A stretch of 28,576 nt of DNA from Octopus sinensis (taxonomy: Eukaryota). The notes below the pieces were generated by a model. The model saw only the letters and a program-made list of their open reading frames with translations. It did no database searches and had not been told where the DNA came from. Numbering within the stretch: position 1 is the stretch's first letter; every line of letters begins with the position of its first letter. Below, piece after piece: positions 1 to 11,565 of the stretch. The stretch is from NCBI RefSeq assembly GCF_006345805.1, contig NW_021833542.1, positions 1 through 28,576 on the forward strand, given 5' to 3'. A program made the translations under genes and the position numbers.

Positions 1-49
1 ATTATTATTATTTTATTATTATTTTATTATTATTATTATTATTATTATT

Positions 50-97
<48 letters not shown>

Positions 98-316
98 GAT
101 TATTATATTATTTTATTATTATTTTATTATTATTATCATATTTTTTTAAGATTATTTCATGTTTCGAGGATATTTTCTTGACATCAGTGTAATTGTTTTG
201 CGGAAGATTTTTTTTTCTGTTGTTTTTCTTGCATGTTATTTTTTTTTCGCGGAGGTTGTTGGAGGGGGATGAGTTTTGTAGTTTTTGCTTGCAACAATGA
301 TAACAACAACAACAAC

Positions 317-366
<50 letters not shown>

Positions 367-526
367 GGAACCGTTTCTTTTGGTGGCGTTGATTATTTTT
401 TTTTCTTTTTCGCACTTTCTAAACAAAATCAAAAATAATGACGAAGAAAGAAGCAAACAGCAATAACGACGATGACAACAGCATTATCAACAACAATAAG
501 CACAATAATAATAATAATAAAAAATA

Positions 527-572
<46 letters not shown>

Positions 573-830
573 GCTAATATCGCTACAAGATGATGATGTT
601 GATGATGATGATGATGACGATGATGATGGTGGTGGTGGTGAGGAGGAGGAGGACCACGACGACGACGACGACGATGACTACGAATGCGACGGTGATGACG
701 ATGATGTGATGACACTCGGGATGAAGGTGATGATGATGATGATAATGACGATGACGATGGCGTTGATGACGATGACAATGATGATGACAGTGATGACGAC
801 GACGATGATGGTGATGGTGATGATGATGAT
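1..830. repeat. Cluster of trinucleotide microsatellites: (ATT)n, (CAT)n, (AAC/AAT)n, (GAT/GAC/GGT)n
   Basis: Directly visible runs. They explain the poly-N/I/L/D/H ORFs in the track. Confidence 0.97.
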
Positions 831-904
831 GTTCTTCAGCCTCTATAGGAGAGGAATTAATTGATTTGTTTACTTACAAACAACCCCCAAACTCAAACCC
901 CCTC

Positions 905-1045
905 CCATTCCACACACATACACACACACACACACACACAAAAAAAATCATAAATAGTATACATATACGCGCAAACACACACACATACCCATACATACAC
1001 ACATAAACACATATATATATATACACACACGCACGCACGCACACA
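905..1045. repeat. (CA)n/(TA)n compound microsatellite
   Basis: Directly visible dinucleotide runs. Confidence 0.9.
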
Positions 1046-1389
1046 TTTATAAGCAAAAAAAAATATAAGAAAACTTAATATTGTGAGGTATGTTCCTATA
1101 GGAATAATTTCTAAACTCTCAACAACAATAACATCAACAAAATTTACAATAAACTTAATAAATAAATATACAAAAGTATTAACGTTGTATTTATATTGAT
1201 TTTGATGTATTTTTGCTTTTTTTTTTTTGTTTTTTGTGCGTTTTTGTAAATTCTGAGTTGGTTTTTTTTCTTTATTGTTGCTGAGTTTGTACTTCAACGT
1301 TGTTGATACAAAAATATGCATGGAACACATTTAGAACACAACAGCATGTGTGTTGGAGAACTGAGTATTGGAAAGAAGCAGAAGAAAAT

Positions 1390-2292
1390 CTTGGAAAGAG
1401 ACAGAGGTACAGAGAGAGAGAGAGAGAGAGGGGGGTACATACAGAAAGAGAGAGATGTACATACAGAAAGAGAGAGAGGAGAAGAGAGAGAGAAATGCAG
1501 AAAGAAAGAGACGTACCCACACAGATACATACTGAGACAGACAGACAGACAGATAGATACATACAGAAAGAGAGACACGCACAGATTCATATAGGGAGAG
1601 AGAGACATAGATACATACAGGGAGACACACACTCACACACAGGTACATACAGACACACACACACACACACACAGAGGTACATACAAACACACACACACAG
1701 GTACATACAGAGGGAGACACAGAGAGATTCATACAGGGAGAGAGAGAGACACATACACACACACATATACATACAGATACACACACACACACACAGATAC
1801 ATACAGAGAGACATACACAGAGATTCACACAGGGAGAGAGAGACGCATACACAGATACATACAGAGAGAGAGAGAGAGAGAGTCACACATACACAGAGAT
1901 ACAGACAGACAGACATAAAAACAGACAGACAGAGGGAGATACACACAGAGAGAAAGGGAGGAGAAGAGAAGAGAAGAGAGAAAGAAAAAGATAGACAGGC
2001 AGGTAGAGGAGAGAAGAGAAAGTGAGAATGAGGAAGTGAAGGGAGGATAAGAAGGAACGTGTGCAATGACTTACGAGAGAAGGAGTTAATCAGACAGGTA
2101 GAGAGGTTATGAGAGAGGAGAGTGGGAGAGGAAGGGGAAGAGAGAAAGAGAGACAGACAGACGGATAGGCAGAGAGGGAAGAGATGAAGAGAGGGGGAAA
2201 GAGAGAGAGGTAAAGAGATAAAAGGAAAGAGGTGAAAGAGAGGGAAATAGGAGAACAGAGGGAGACAGGTGGATAGGCAAATAGAGAGATGA

Positions 2293-2380
<88 letters not shown>

Positions 2381-2500
2381 GGAGAGAAGAGAATAGAGAG
2401 AGATAGACGGAAATGTGAAGAAAAAGAGATGAAGAGTCAGTGAGAGAGAAAGTGAATGACAGAGAGAGAGACAGACAGGCAGACAGACAGACAGAGATCA
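1390..2500. repeat. Long compound purine-rich simple repeat (GA, CA, GACA, ATAC) including a (GATA)n tract at about 2293-2360
   Basis: Directly visible. It explains the ORFs at 1272-2066. Confidence 0.95.
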
Positions 2501-3415
2501 GTGATTTATGGTATTTAAATCTACCATCAGCAGAAATGGCAGAGTAAATTTAGAAAAATCGCAACGGTTCCTTCAGATTGTTCTTAGATTGGATATTTGC
2601 AAGGTCCATGGACGGAGACAACATAAAGTGTATATAATTTCGATCCATTAATGACACAAACTAGTTTCTGAGCGGTACGGCGTGGTTACTGTAAGTTGAG
2701 CGTCGATGCTTGGTCCTAGGTTAACATAGATCAAGCAGATTTGTAATCAAAAGTCTTCCAGCTATGACCATCCAGTTATTTTGTTTTTATAAACATAAGT
2801 AAGTCTACTTTATGTAACGTTTGCTTTCTTTTCTTTGCGGTAGATTCTTATTGCTATGTCTACGAAGCAGAGATTTGCAGAGGAGTTGTGTTGGTTTGTT
2901 GAGATAAGCAATACCTTTTACTTGATGGAAAAGAAAACATTCTACTTTCATTTTGCTCTGCAATTAAACTAAAACAAGGATTTAGCCATAATTCTACAAA
3001 CTTGCCAAGAATGCCGTATAAGAGAATCCGGAAAATCTATATAGGATTAACTTCTTCAAGTATCCTCCCTTTCTTAAAACGGATATTTCTTTAAAAGAAA
3101 TATTTCAGTGCTAATTCTAACAAGGTCATTGATACGTGATCCCCAATAGGTTTGTTTGTTGGTTGGTCAGAAATACATTTGAAGCGTGAAATATAAATGT
3201 AATTGTGTATGTATAATTGTTCCTAGTATTGGTGCAAGGCCAGAAGTCTGCGAGGAGGTGGGTCGATCGATCACATAACACGCTCAAAGGATACCACTAA
3301 TCCTACGTCGGGCATGTATGTGTATATATACATAGTTAGATAGATATGTATGAATAACATATGGTATAATTATAATCGGCAAAGTTTAGCCATTTCTCCG
3401 GAGACTGAACAAAAA

Positions 3416-3460
3416 ACCTTAATCGATTTTTTCGAACCTTAGTGGGTCCTCATCAGAGGC
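3416..3460 (-). ncRNA. Degraded type I hammerhead ribozyme-like motif
   Basis: Minus strand reads gcct-CTGATGA-ggacc(cactaa)ggttc-GAAA-aaatcgat-TA-aggt. Core and 5-bp stem II are canonical; stem I is only 4 bp and the stem III region has extra A residues. Confidence 0.45.
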
Positions 3461-3947
3461 GTAAACACCATTCTGACAATATTCAAAGAAACAAGCATCC
3501 AAACTGCTTATATACCCAACAAATGCAGCAGTTACTCTATGAAGGAGTCCCTAATTTGCACACTGAAAGTGTTTAACACTCAATAAATACCAGCAGCCTG
3601 TGAACGGGGATCTTAGTCCACAAAGTATCAATGTATGATATAATATATATGTAACATATGCATATATATATATACATATATAATTAATTAATAAGGGTGA
3701 GAGATTAGATACTAATTTAATAGTATATCTTTTACACCAGTGGCCTAGTGCTCCGAGAACCTGGATTATTATAATATTTTATATTATTATAATATTTTTA
3801 CAAAATAAATATAAGAGTGGTCACTATATGGCTCACTCTAGCACACCATTAATCCAAAAGGTTTCGACCACAAAAATACATGTTTCCCCATGAAAGCCAG
3901 TACGATTGTTAGCTCACACGGACAGGGCAATAAAAAATAACAAAATA

Positions 3948-4049
3948 CAGATTATTTTGGGGACAATTGTTTCGCTATTATAATTAACTGTAATTTTACT
4001 TACAAAAAAAAAAAAATCCACTTGTAGCTCCTCAGGCCAAAACTATCTG
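3948..4049 (-). ncRNA. Type I hammerhead ribozyme, array 1 copy 1
   Basis: Minus strand: cagatagttttgg(c)-CTGAGGA-gcta...tagc-GAAA-caattg-TC-(c)ccaaaataatctg. One extra base on each side of the core relative to copy 2. Confidence 0.75.
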
Positions 4050-4481
4050 GATGAAATCCACTCAATCACACGCCAGATTTTACCATAACGATAAATACGC
4101 GTGTGGTTCAATTAATTACATCCGACGTTATAATTCAAATGCCCCAACTAACAGCGCGCCAAACTTCACGGAAAACAAATACAGCATTTAGAAATAAATG
4201 CAGCATAATTATAATTAATTAATAAGGGTGAGAGGATTAGATACTACTTAATAGATATATATATTCAACACCAGTGGCCTAGTGCTCCGAGAAACTGGAT
4301 TATTATAATATTTTATAATATATTATAATATTTTTACAAAAAATATAAGAGAGTGGTCACTATATGCTCACTCTAGCACCAGTTAATCCAAAAGGTTTCG
4401 ACCACAAAAATACATGTTTCCCATGAAAGCCAGTACGATTGTTAGCTCACACGGACAGGGCAAATAAAAAAAACAAAAATA

Positions 4482-4578
4482 CAGATTATTTTGGGACAAT
4501 TGTTTCGCTATTAATGAATTAAATGTAATTTTACTTACAAAAAAAATCCACTTGTAGCTCCTCAGCCAAAACTATCTG
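4482..4578 (-). ncRNA. Type I hammerhead ribozyme, array 1 copy 2 (best-preserved copy)
   Basis: Minus strand: stem I cagatagttttgg/ccaaaataatctg (13 positions, 1 mismatch, 1 G-U), core CTGAGGA (CUGANGA), stem II gcta/tagc closing a long AT-rich loop, GAAA, palindromic stem III acaattgt, GUC triplet. Predicted cleavage between 4495 and 4494. Confidence 0.85.
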
Positions 4579-4865
4579 GATGAAATCCACTCAATCACAC
4601 GCCAGATTTTACCATACGATAATACGCGTGTGGTTCAATTAATTACATCCGACGTTATAATTCAAATGCCCCAACTAACAGCGCGCCAAACTTTCACGGA
4701 AAACAATACAGCATTAGAAATAAATGCAGCATAATTATAATAATTAATAAGGGTGAGAGAATTAGATACTAATTTAATAGTATATCTATTCAACACCAAG
4801 TGGCCTAGTGCTCCGAGAAACCTGGATTATTATAATATTTTATAATATATTATAATATTTTTACA

Positions 4866-5556
4866 AAACAATTGTCCCAAAATAATCTGTATTTTTGTTA
4901 TTTTTTATTTGCCCTGTCCGTGTGAGCTAACAATCGTACTGGCTTTCATGGGAAACATGTATTTTTGTGGTCGAAACCTTTTGGATTAACTGGTGCTAGA
5001 GTGAGCCATATAGTGACCACTCTCTTATATTTATTTTGTAAAAATATTATAATATATTATAAAATATTATAATAATCCAGGTTTCTCGGAGCACTAGGCC
5101 ACTTGGTGTTGAATAGAGATATACTATTAAATTAGTATCTAATTCTCTCACCCTTATTAATTAATTATAATTATGCTGCATTTATTTCTAAATGCTGTAT
5201 TTGTTTTCCGTGAAAGTTTGGCGCGCTGTTAGTTGGGGCATTTGAATTATAACGTCGGATGTAATCAATTGAACCACACGCGTATTATCGTTATGGTAAA
5301 TCTGGCGTGTGATTGAGTGGATTTCATCCAGATAGTTTTGGCTGAGGAGCTACAAGTGGATTTTTTTTGTAAGTAATTACATTTAATTCATTAATAGCGA
5401 AACAATGTCCCAAAATAATCTGTATTTTTGTTATTTTTTATTTGCCCTGTCCGTGTGAGCTAACAATCGTACTGGCTTTATGGGAAACATGTATTTTTGT
5501 GGTCGAAACCTTTTGGATTAACTGGTGCTAGAGTGAGCCATATAGTGACCACTCTC
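4866..5556 (+). mobile_element. Inverted arm of the same 531-bp repeat (about 1.3 units)
   Basis: Sequence from aaacaattgtcccaaaataatc (4866) to gtgaccactctct (about 5556) is the reverse complement of the array 1 unit. The right end abuts (TA)n. Confidence 0.9.
5329..5422 (+). ncRNA. Type I hammerhead ribozyme, array 1 inverted-arm copy
   Basis: cagatagttttgg-CTGAGGA(5342-5348)-gcta...tagc-GAAA(5399-5402)-caatg-TC-ccaaaataatctg. Stem III has a 1-nt deletion relative to caattg. Predicted cleavage after 5409. Confidence 0.8.
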
Positions 5557-5564
5557 TGTATTAT

Positions 5565-5572
5565 TTTTATAC

Positions 5573-5604
<32 letters not shown>

Positions 5605-5760
5605 TATTATATATATATATATATACATATGATACATACATATATATGTACATGCATACATATATATACATAGGATATATATACATATGGATATATATAA
5701 TAAACACGTATATATATATTATATTATTATATATATATATATAATATATTATATATATAC
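5565..5760. repeat. (TA)n-rich microsatellite
   Basis: Directly visible. Confidence 0.95.
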
Positions 5761-7179
5761 TTTCATATTGGCAAATTAAATTGTGTCAGTTAATTCGATC
5801 TCTTGATATAGTTAATTACAGCAATAACTCTATTTGCAAATCAATCGAAGAATTTAGCAAAAATATGTATTAATTGTATAAAATCGATTTCTTTTGATTT
5901 TGCACACAATGCCAAGGCTTGTAGTTTTTTTTTTTAGATAGATGTTCGATTATATTGATCTCGAAGTATGTTACTGGTATTGATATTTCAAAGACATCTC
6001 GATCAATGGATTGAAAGGAGGAAAATATCAACACCATGAGTATTATAACTCAGCATAAAGGCTTTGTGAAGGTATATAACCAAGTAGTAAGGGTGTTCAG
6101 TTCATAACAATAAACCTGCGCGTTTAGTTCCAAGATGGGATGGCTTGTTGTGTCCTTGAGCAATGCCCTTCACTCTATTTTGTTTTAGTTAGCTTAGCTG
6201 TAATGAGTACTTGTTAGGTGCTACTCAGGTAATCTTTCTCTCTCTCTCTCTCCAATAGTCAGAATCTTGATGTTCTACTGGGCCAAGCAAGAGGGAACCG
6301 CAGAGTTGCCTACGTATACGTGTGACTACTTAGTCACCTAAAGCGATTATCGAAATCATGGTACATGTTACTAAATCATACTCGCTCGCTAGTGACGGCT
6401 GTTTAGCTGTACATATTTTTTCAGACGAATTAGTCAAAGTTAAATGTTCTCTAGCATTTAGCTCTCCATGTACGATTTCACTAAACAAATTTTAAAATCT
6501 CAAAATGAATAACCAACACAGGTAGAAAGGTACAAAACTTTTAGAAGTCAATTGACATATGTATATACACATATTCTATCGACCCTGGAGGGAGAAAATG
6601 GAATTCAGTACCAGTTGGATTTGAACTCAACGTAATGAAACATAATTAAAAAGCATTCAATCTGGCACTCAATTATTTCTAAGACACTGGTTTCTAGCAT
6701 TGATAAACAACCTTAATTTATGAAAAAAAAAAATAGTCTTCTTGTAAAATGATTTCAATTCACATCTAGGATGCTTTATAGTGGATCCTCCGTCAGTTTC
6801 CATGATGAGCATTCAGGTGTTCAATTAAATGAATTATCTGCTCATTAAATTAACCTGTAAGGGAATCAGAATTCCAGAGACACCTGTTACATGCACCTTT
6901 AACGTAAATTCTCTTGCTAAATCACCCTGACACAATTTACGACAAAGCTGCAACGTTGAATTCCTGATACAATTCATCCAACGGGATTCTTTACAATTTC
7001 CATCTTCGCAATTTCATTCTCAGAATTTTCTGAGACTAAAAATATAAAGCAATCGCCCAACATGCCAGACGTTGGAACGAATCCGGAAACACATGATTAC
7101 GAAGAGAACTTTTTAACCACCGAACGAAAGGAAAAGATGACTTCGACATATCACTGATATTTATTTTATATTCAGAAGC

Positions 7180-7500
7180 ATGAATGATAATGTTTGGCAT
7201 CTCACAGAATTTGATACCTTCAAAAGGTCAGTAATACTAACCACTGGAGTACAATGTGCTAAATTTTGATGGAGAACAGCACCAACCTCAATGCATCACT
7301 AGTGTTTGTTTTAAATTCGGAAATATGAATGGTAATTTTTGGCATCTCACAAAATTTAAAGCCCTCAAATGGTCAGGAATACTAATTACCATGTGCCAAA
7401 TTTTGGTGGAGAACACCTACCACGGTATATTACTGGTATTTATTTTAAATTTGGTAGAATTGGATGGTAAAGTTTGGCCTCACAAAGAATTTAAACCCAG
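7180..7500. repeat. Diverged tandem repeat, about 140-bp unit, about 2.3 copies
   Basis: atgaatgataatgtttggcatctcacagaattt (about 7180), atgaatggtaatttttggcatctcacaaaattt (about 7325) and tggatggtaaagtttggcctcacaaagaattt (about 7461). The blocks aaattttg[a/g]tggagaaca and ttttaaatt[c/t]gg also repeat. Confidence 0.7.
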
Positions 7501-7867
7501 AACGTATGACAACGTAACTGACTGGATATGGCACGTCATTTTTGTCCAGCACTTTAGCATTTCATTCAACCACCGCCCTCAAAAGAACACTCGTATTACT
7601 ACCACTATTAATGGTACGTTTGCTTTGATAACAAAAAAGCTTAATGGTAGTCATTGTGATATTACTTTTTTTTACCTAGCAATTCTGGTAATTGATAAAC
7701 GACTTTCTTTTTCAACATCAAAGTAAACGACACAAATACACAGCAGTGATCAAAACTCTCCGTTTTGTTCGAACGCTGTAAATATTTTATTTAATGCAGT
7801 TAGTCATTGCATTTCACAAGTCATTAAAGCAGATTTATAACTACCTACCTATCTATTAATTACTTAC

Positions 7868-7876
7868 CATAAATAC
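7868..7876 (-). CDS. Candidate 9-nt microexon (GTATTTATG), unverified
   Basis: Minus strand: about 30-nt T-rich tract, then ttgtAG|GTATTTATG|GTAAGTa. Consensus acceptor and donor, frame-preserving length. No homology evidence. Confidence 0.3.
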
Positions 7877-8414
7877 CTACAAAAAACAAAACAAAAAAAA
7901 AATAAATAAAATTCTTTCTAAACAAAAAAAAACAGATCACACATGTTTTTTTTTATTCGCCTGTCTGGGAAAAACGGCACAGAGCTCGTAAACGGTTTAG
8001 ACCCTTCTATGTACATTGTAACTGAATGAGTTTATTGCCGTAAATATTCAGTTTGAACAGTTACATGTTGAATAGTTCGAAGTAAAGTGGGACACGGAAG
8101 AAATTCGTGTGTGAGAGGAAAAAAAAATACAACGAAAGACGTTCATAAATTCCTTCAACAAATTTTCTCTTCATTCATACCAAATTCTTTAATCTGGTTC
8201 AAACCTCTTTTTCGACAAACACTTTTGTTCCTATTTGAGATAGTAACAGTCCGAAACCGATGATGTCTAAAGGCATGAATATTCTAGGAGTTCTGTACTA
8301 ATCTATGTATGCTGTGGTTGTTTATGCGAGGCCCCCAGTACATTGCTTTTTCCAGGGACCTGAAGTACTGTTAAGACGGCCTTTCTTAAGAGTCGTTGCA
8401 CACTCGACACTTAC

Positions 8415-8528
8415 CAATCCGCATCCGTTTCCACTGTTGGTCCTTATTCATGAAAAGGCCATCAGATTCATTAAATCTAACATTACGTCTTGTTAGATGG
8501 TCGTTAATAACAAAGGAAATGCACGTCT
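8415..8528 (-). CDS. Candidate 114-nt internal exon, phase 1-1, encoding xTCISFVINDHLTRRNVRFNESDGLFMNKDQQWKRMRI; product unknown
   Basis: Minus strand acceptor gcacagcctttccAG, open frame of 37 full codons, donor attg|GTAAGT. No recognised family. Confidence 0.3.
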
Positions 8529-8999
8529 CTGGAAAGGCTGTGCAAATACAATAAGGACCCTAACATTATTTTTGGTAATTCAGAATAGTATAGAATAGTA
8601 GTTCGCTGTCACTCGTGAGTATGGTTTGACAACGATTACCATGCTTCTGCCATTTGTTTTAGGTGCAATCATGTATAGACACCTTCTAGCCTCCCCAATA
8701 AATTAACCAACAGAAAACTTTGGATGTCCAAATGTCAAAGCTTAGGAGGGAGAGATCTGCATTAGTAACAGGTTGGATACACATTTGCAACAGAGAAGCC
8801 TTGGAGCAACGTAAACTGAACTTGCTCTTGGAAGCAATCGCATCGCCCGCTTTAGAAATGAAACCCACAATGTTATGATCTTGAGCCAAATACTCTAACC
8901 GCTTGGTCAAGCTCATTCATAATTCAAAATAATAGCAACACAATGTTTGATCTCCTCAACGTATATCAGATTTAATATTTTTGATCGTAAGAATGAAAG

Positions 9000-9170
9000 A
9001 ATTCGTCTTTGCAATCCGGGTTCAAATTCCGCCGAGGCCGACTTTGCCTTTCATTATTTGGTGGGGGAGGTCGATAAAATAACTACCAGTTTTAAATTGG
9101 CGTCGATGTACTCGACTTACCCAGCCATCACCACCAAAGTGCTAGCCTTGTACAAAAATTTGAAACTAAT
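9000..9170 (+). mobile_element. tRNA-derived SINE, family B (degraded, 5' part lost)
   Basis: B-box-like gggttcaaattcc followed by gccgaggccgactttgcctttcat...gtcgataaaataactaccagt, matching the copy at 13215-13444. Confidence 0.75.
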
Positions 9171-11265
9171 ATATTTTTTTTTATCGTAAAATGCTATCAG
9201 CAGAGAAAGTTTGTACTCTTACAATTAGCCTTTATTTTCTTCAGGAAAATGAACCCCGAGTGCCAATCGTAAAGTATGGCGTAACCTCCAGCGTAAATTT
9301 GTCCTGCTAATCTGCCTGTTATTGTACCAGTTCCACGACTATAAAACGGAGCTGAAGGACGCCGGTCATCTACTATAAATATTCAAACTGTTTTCTCGAT
9401 TTACTTTGAGACAAAAATTATGCGTCTATATGTTCAACTCCATCTAAACTATCTATGATTCACTTATTAGTCCAACGTCTATTTCTAACGAGCCAATGAG
9501 GATGTCTCTATCCAGCGACCCGATTTGCTAGAAATAGCAACCAAATCTCTTTGACTTTACACGCTGCTGAGAACTGATATTTCAACCGCGAACATTATAC
9601 AATATCGGTTACATACGATGTGCACTACACGTCTGTATTCTAGGTGCAACAGCCGAGAACTGACACGGCCTAACGACGCGAAAATTTTCACGCATACGTG
9701 GAAAGGGTGGCATCAACTCCCACCCAAGGAATTTTGCCCACGCGGTGTTAGTTTTTACAGGAAAAAATAAAGCCGGATAATTTGTGAACGTACCTCGTAC
9801 ATAATATCACTTCTCATTTGGTTTGTTGTATGGCACCTTATCCACTCGGCCATTTTATTTATTTGTTTATTTATTTGCATAACTTATTTAAGGACGATAG
9901 GCAGCGCCTACGGTCATTTTTAGATACTCCAAGATAATTGAGACAAACGCAGAAAGTTATTCTCAGAACGTAAGCCTGATTCGATTCCTTGCAATGAATT
10001 AGAATCCACTAAAGATACTCAAGGGGTAAACGTTAGTTTAAATCGAGCAACAAATGATGGCAAATGCACAAAAGGAACACTGACAGTCTTCCACATAATC
10101 TCCATCTATTCACAGATATTTGGACCATCGAATACCTTATCTGAACCGAAACCATGTATTTTAGAGCTTAAGCTTCCTAACCCACAGCCACGCCCAAGCC
10201 CGAGCAAACTGGTTCCAATCATGAAACATCTAGGAAAAGTAAACGTGTTGCAGAATTTTTTTGTATTATGTGTGCCATGCTGTGTTCTATAACTCAAAGG
10301 GTTTGGAAGACATACCATTGTAATTTAGATGATTTGCCGGCACCAAATCACAGGCATTCGTTTGAAAACTGCTAAAAGCAAGGTTGATGTCTTTGACATC
10401 AGCTAATTCTTCGATTTTTATGTTTTGTTTTTACTTTTTAAACATGAAAATCAAAGACATGAATCAAACCTATTTAATTATCGAAGTTATTTGTCATTAA
10501 TCATTAATACTAGAAATTTTCTGTGATGTCGCTCTATTCTAAGATCTGTTGGTGATCCATAATCCGAGCTTTACTCTATAAAGACTGACGTACTTTTGAA
10601 CTGTTACCATTTCCATATTTACTTGTAAGTCCACTGGCGTTCTCATCTTTTCACTGTTAATCACACACACACATACACATTACGCCTACGAACTAACACA
10701 TTTCTTTCACACGTTCCTGAATACAAAAATCATACATAACTTCCTGTAAATCATGCATAACGTCCATGAAGGGAAATTTGGAAAACATGCCATGCACTAT
10801 AGCAACTACATAACTTTGTCTCATTAAGTAATACAAACACATACAGGGAATATATACATCTGGTCTCGGAATCCAACTCAGGACTTTGTGCACGTGAGTC
10901 CAATACCCCACAAAACATCCAGACTACACGTTTTCACACAACTAGAGAACACGTAAATCGGCATTTAAAATTGTACAATAGAGGAAAAAGTACGAGTACA
11001 TTGTTGTGCTTACTACAAGACCGTAACGTATGAGCAGTTAGTTACTGTAGTAGAGACTAAGATAAAGTTGTTTTCATTTAGCCCGTGGTCATCCCTGATT
11101 GAGAAAACTTATGATGAAAGATGTTCCAGCCATAACTATCGTATAGGATTTGTTTGATTTCTTTTCTACTTTTTCATGCATAGTATATCCAGAACTCTGT
11201 GATTTTAGGGTACTGAGAAGTCAAATTAAATTTTACCTGCCTTTGAATTATGGTAATAGAATATT

Positions 11266-11479
11266 TTTTCCTGTTGGCATAAGGCCTGAAATTTCGTAGG
11301 AGTAGGACTCGTTGATTACATAAACCCCAGTTCCCAACTGGTACTTACTTTATCGACCCCCGAAAGAGTGCAGGGACAAATTCGCCCTCGGTGGAATTTG
11401 ATCTCAAAACGAGAAACCGTAGGAAATACCACTAAACATCTTATTTGGCGTCATAACGATTTTAACAGCCCGTCGCCTT
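11266..11479 (-). mobile_element. tRNA-derived SINE, family B (diverged)
   Basis: aactggtacttactttatcgacccccgaaag...ccctcggtggaatttgatctc aligns with 13301-13370. Confidence 0.75.
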
Positions 11480-11565
11480 TACCAAACGAGAAATTTTTAA
11501 GAATTCGTGCAGACTGACTCAATATGTCACTGAAGGAGACTGAAGGCTAATAAAAAGCTTAAAAT

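Larger units (their letters stand above)
3681..4868 (-). mobile_element. Tandem array (about 2.25 copies of an about 531-bp unit) carrying a hammerhead ribozyme; Penelope-like pLTR / retrozyme-like
   Basis: Unit start taattaattaataagggtgaga recurs at about 3681, 4212 and 4741. Copies are near-identical, with no ORF. The hammerhead is on the minus strand and the left end abuts (TA)n. Confidence 0.85.

Noticed and set aside
184-2066. ORFs with poly-L/N/I/D/H and (RE/HT/VC)n content
   Set aside because: Translations of tri- and dinucleotide microsatellites, open in several frames on both strands, with no domain content.
3681-5556. CRISPR array or plain satellite interpretation of the tandem repeats
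   Set aside because: There is no short repeat-unique spacer pattern and the context is eukaryotic. The units are fully repeated and each carries a ribozyme fold.
7256-7726. 156-aa plus-strand ORF
   Set aside because: No recognisable protein. Differences between repeat copies fall mainly on plus-strand first codon positions, which points to the minus frame if it was ever coding.
8419-8499. Resemblance of GLFMNKDQQWKRMR to the cytochrome P450 C-helix WxxxR motif
   Set aside because: The expected following SPTFSSGKLK-type sequence and all other P450 motifs are absent from the window. Kept only as an anonymous candidate exon.
9600-9760. Minus-strand KFLGWELMP resembling mariner LGWEVLPHPPYSPD
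   Set aside because: Too short; the downstream YSPDLAP motif is not recoverable in any frame.
9942-10318. About 117-codon stop-free plus frame without ATG, and an overlapping minus ORF
   Set aside because: No recognisable domain, no convincing splice sites, and length within what chance allows.
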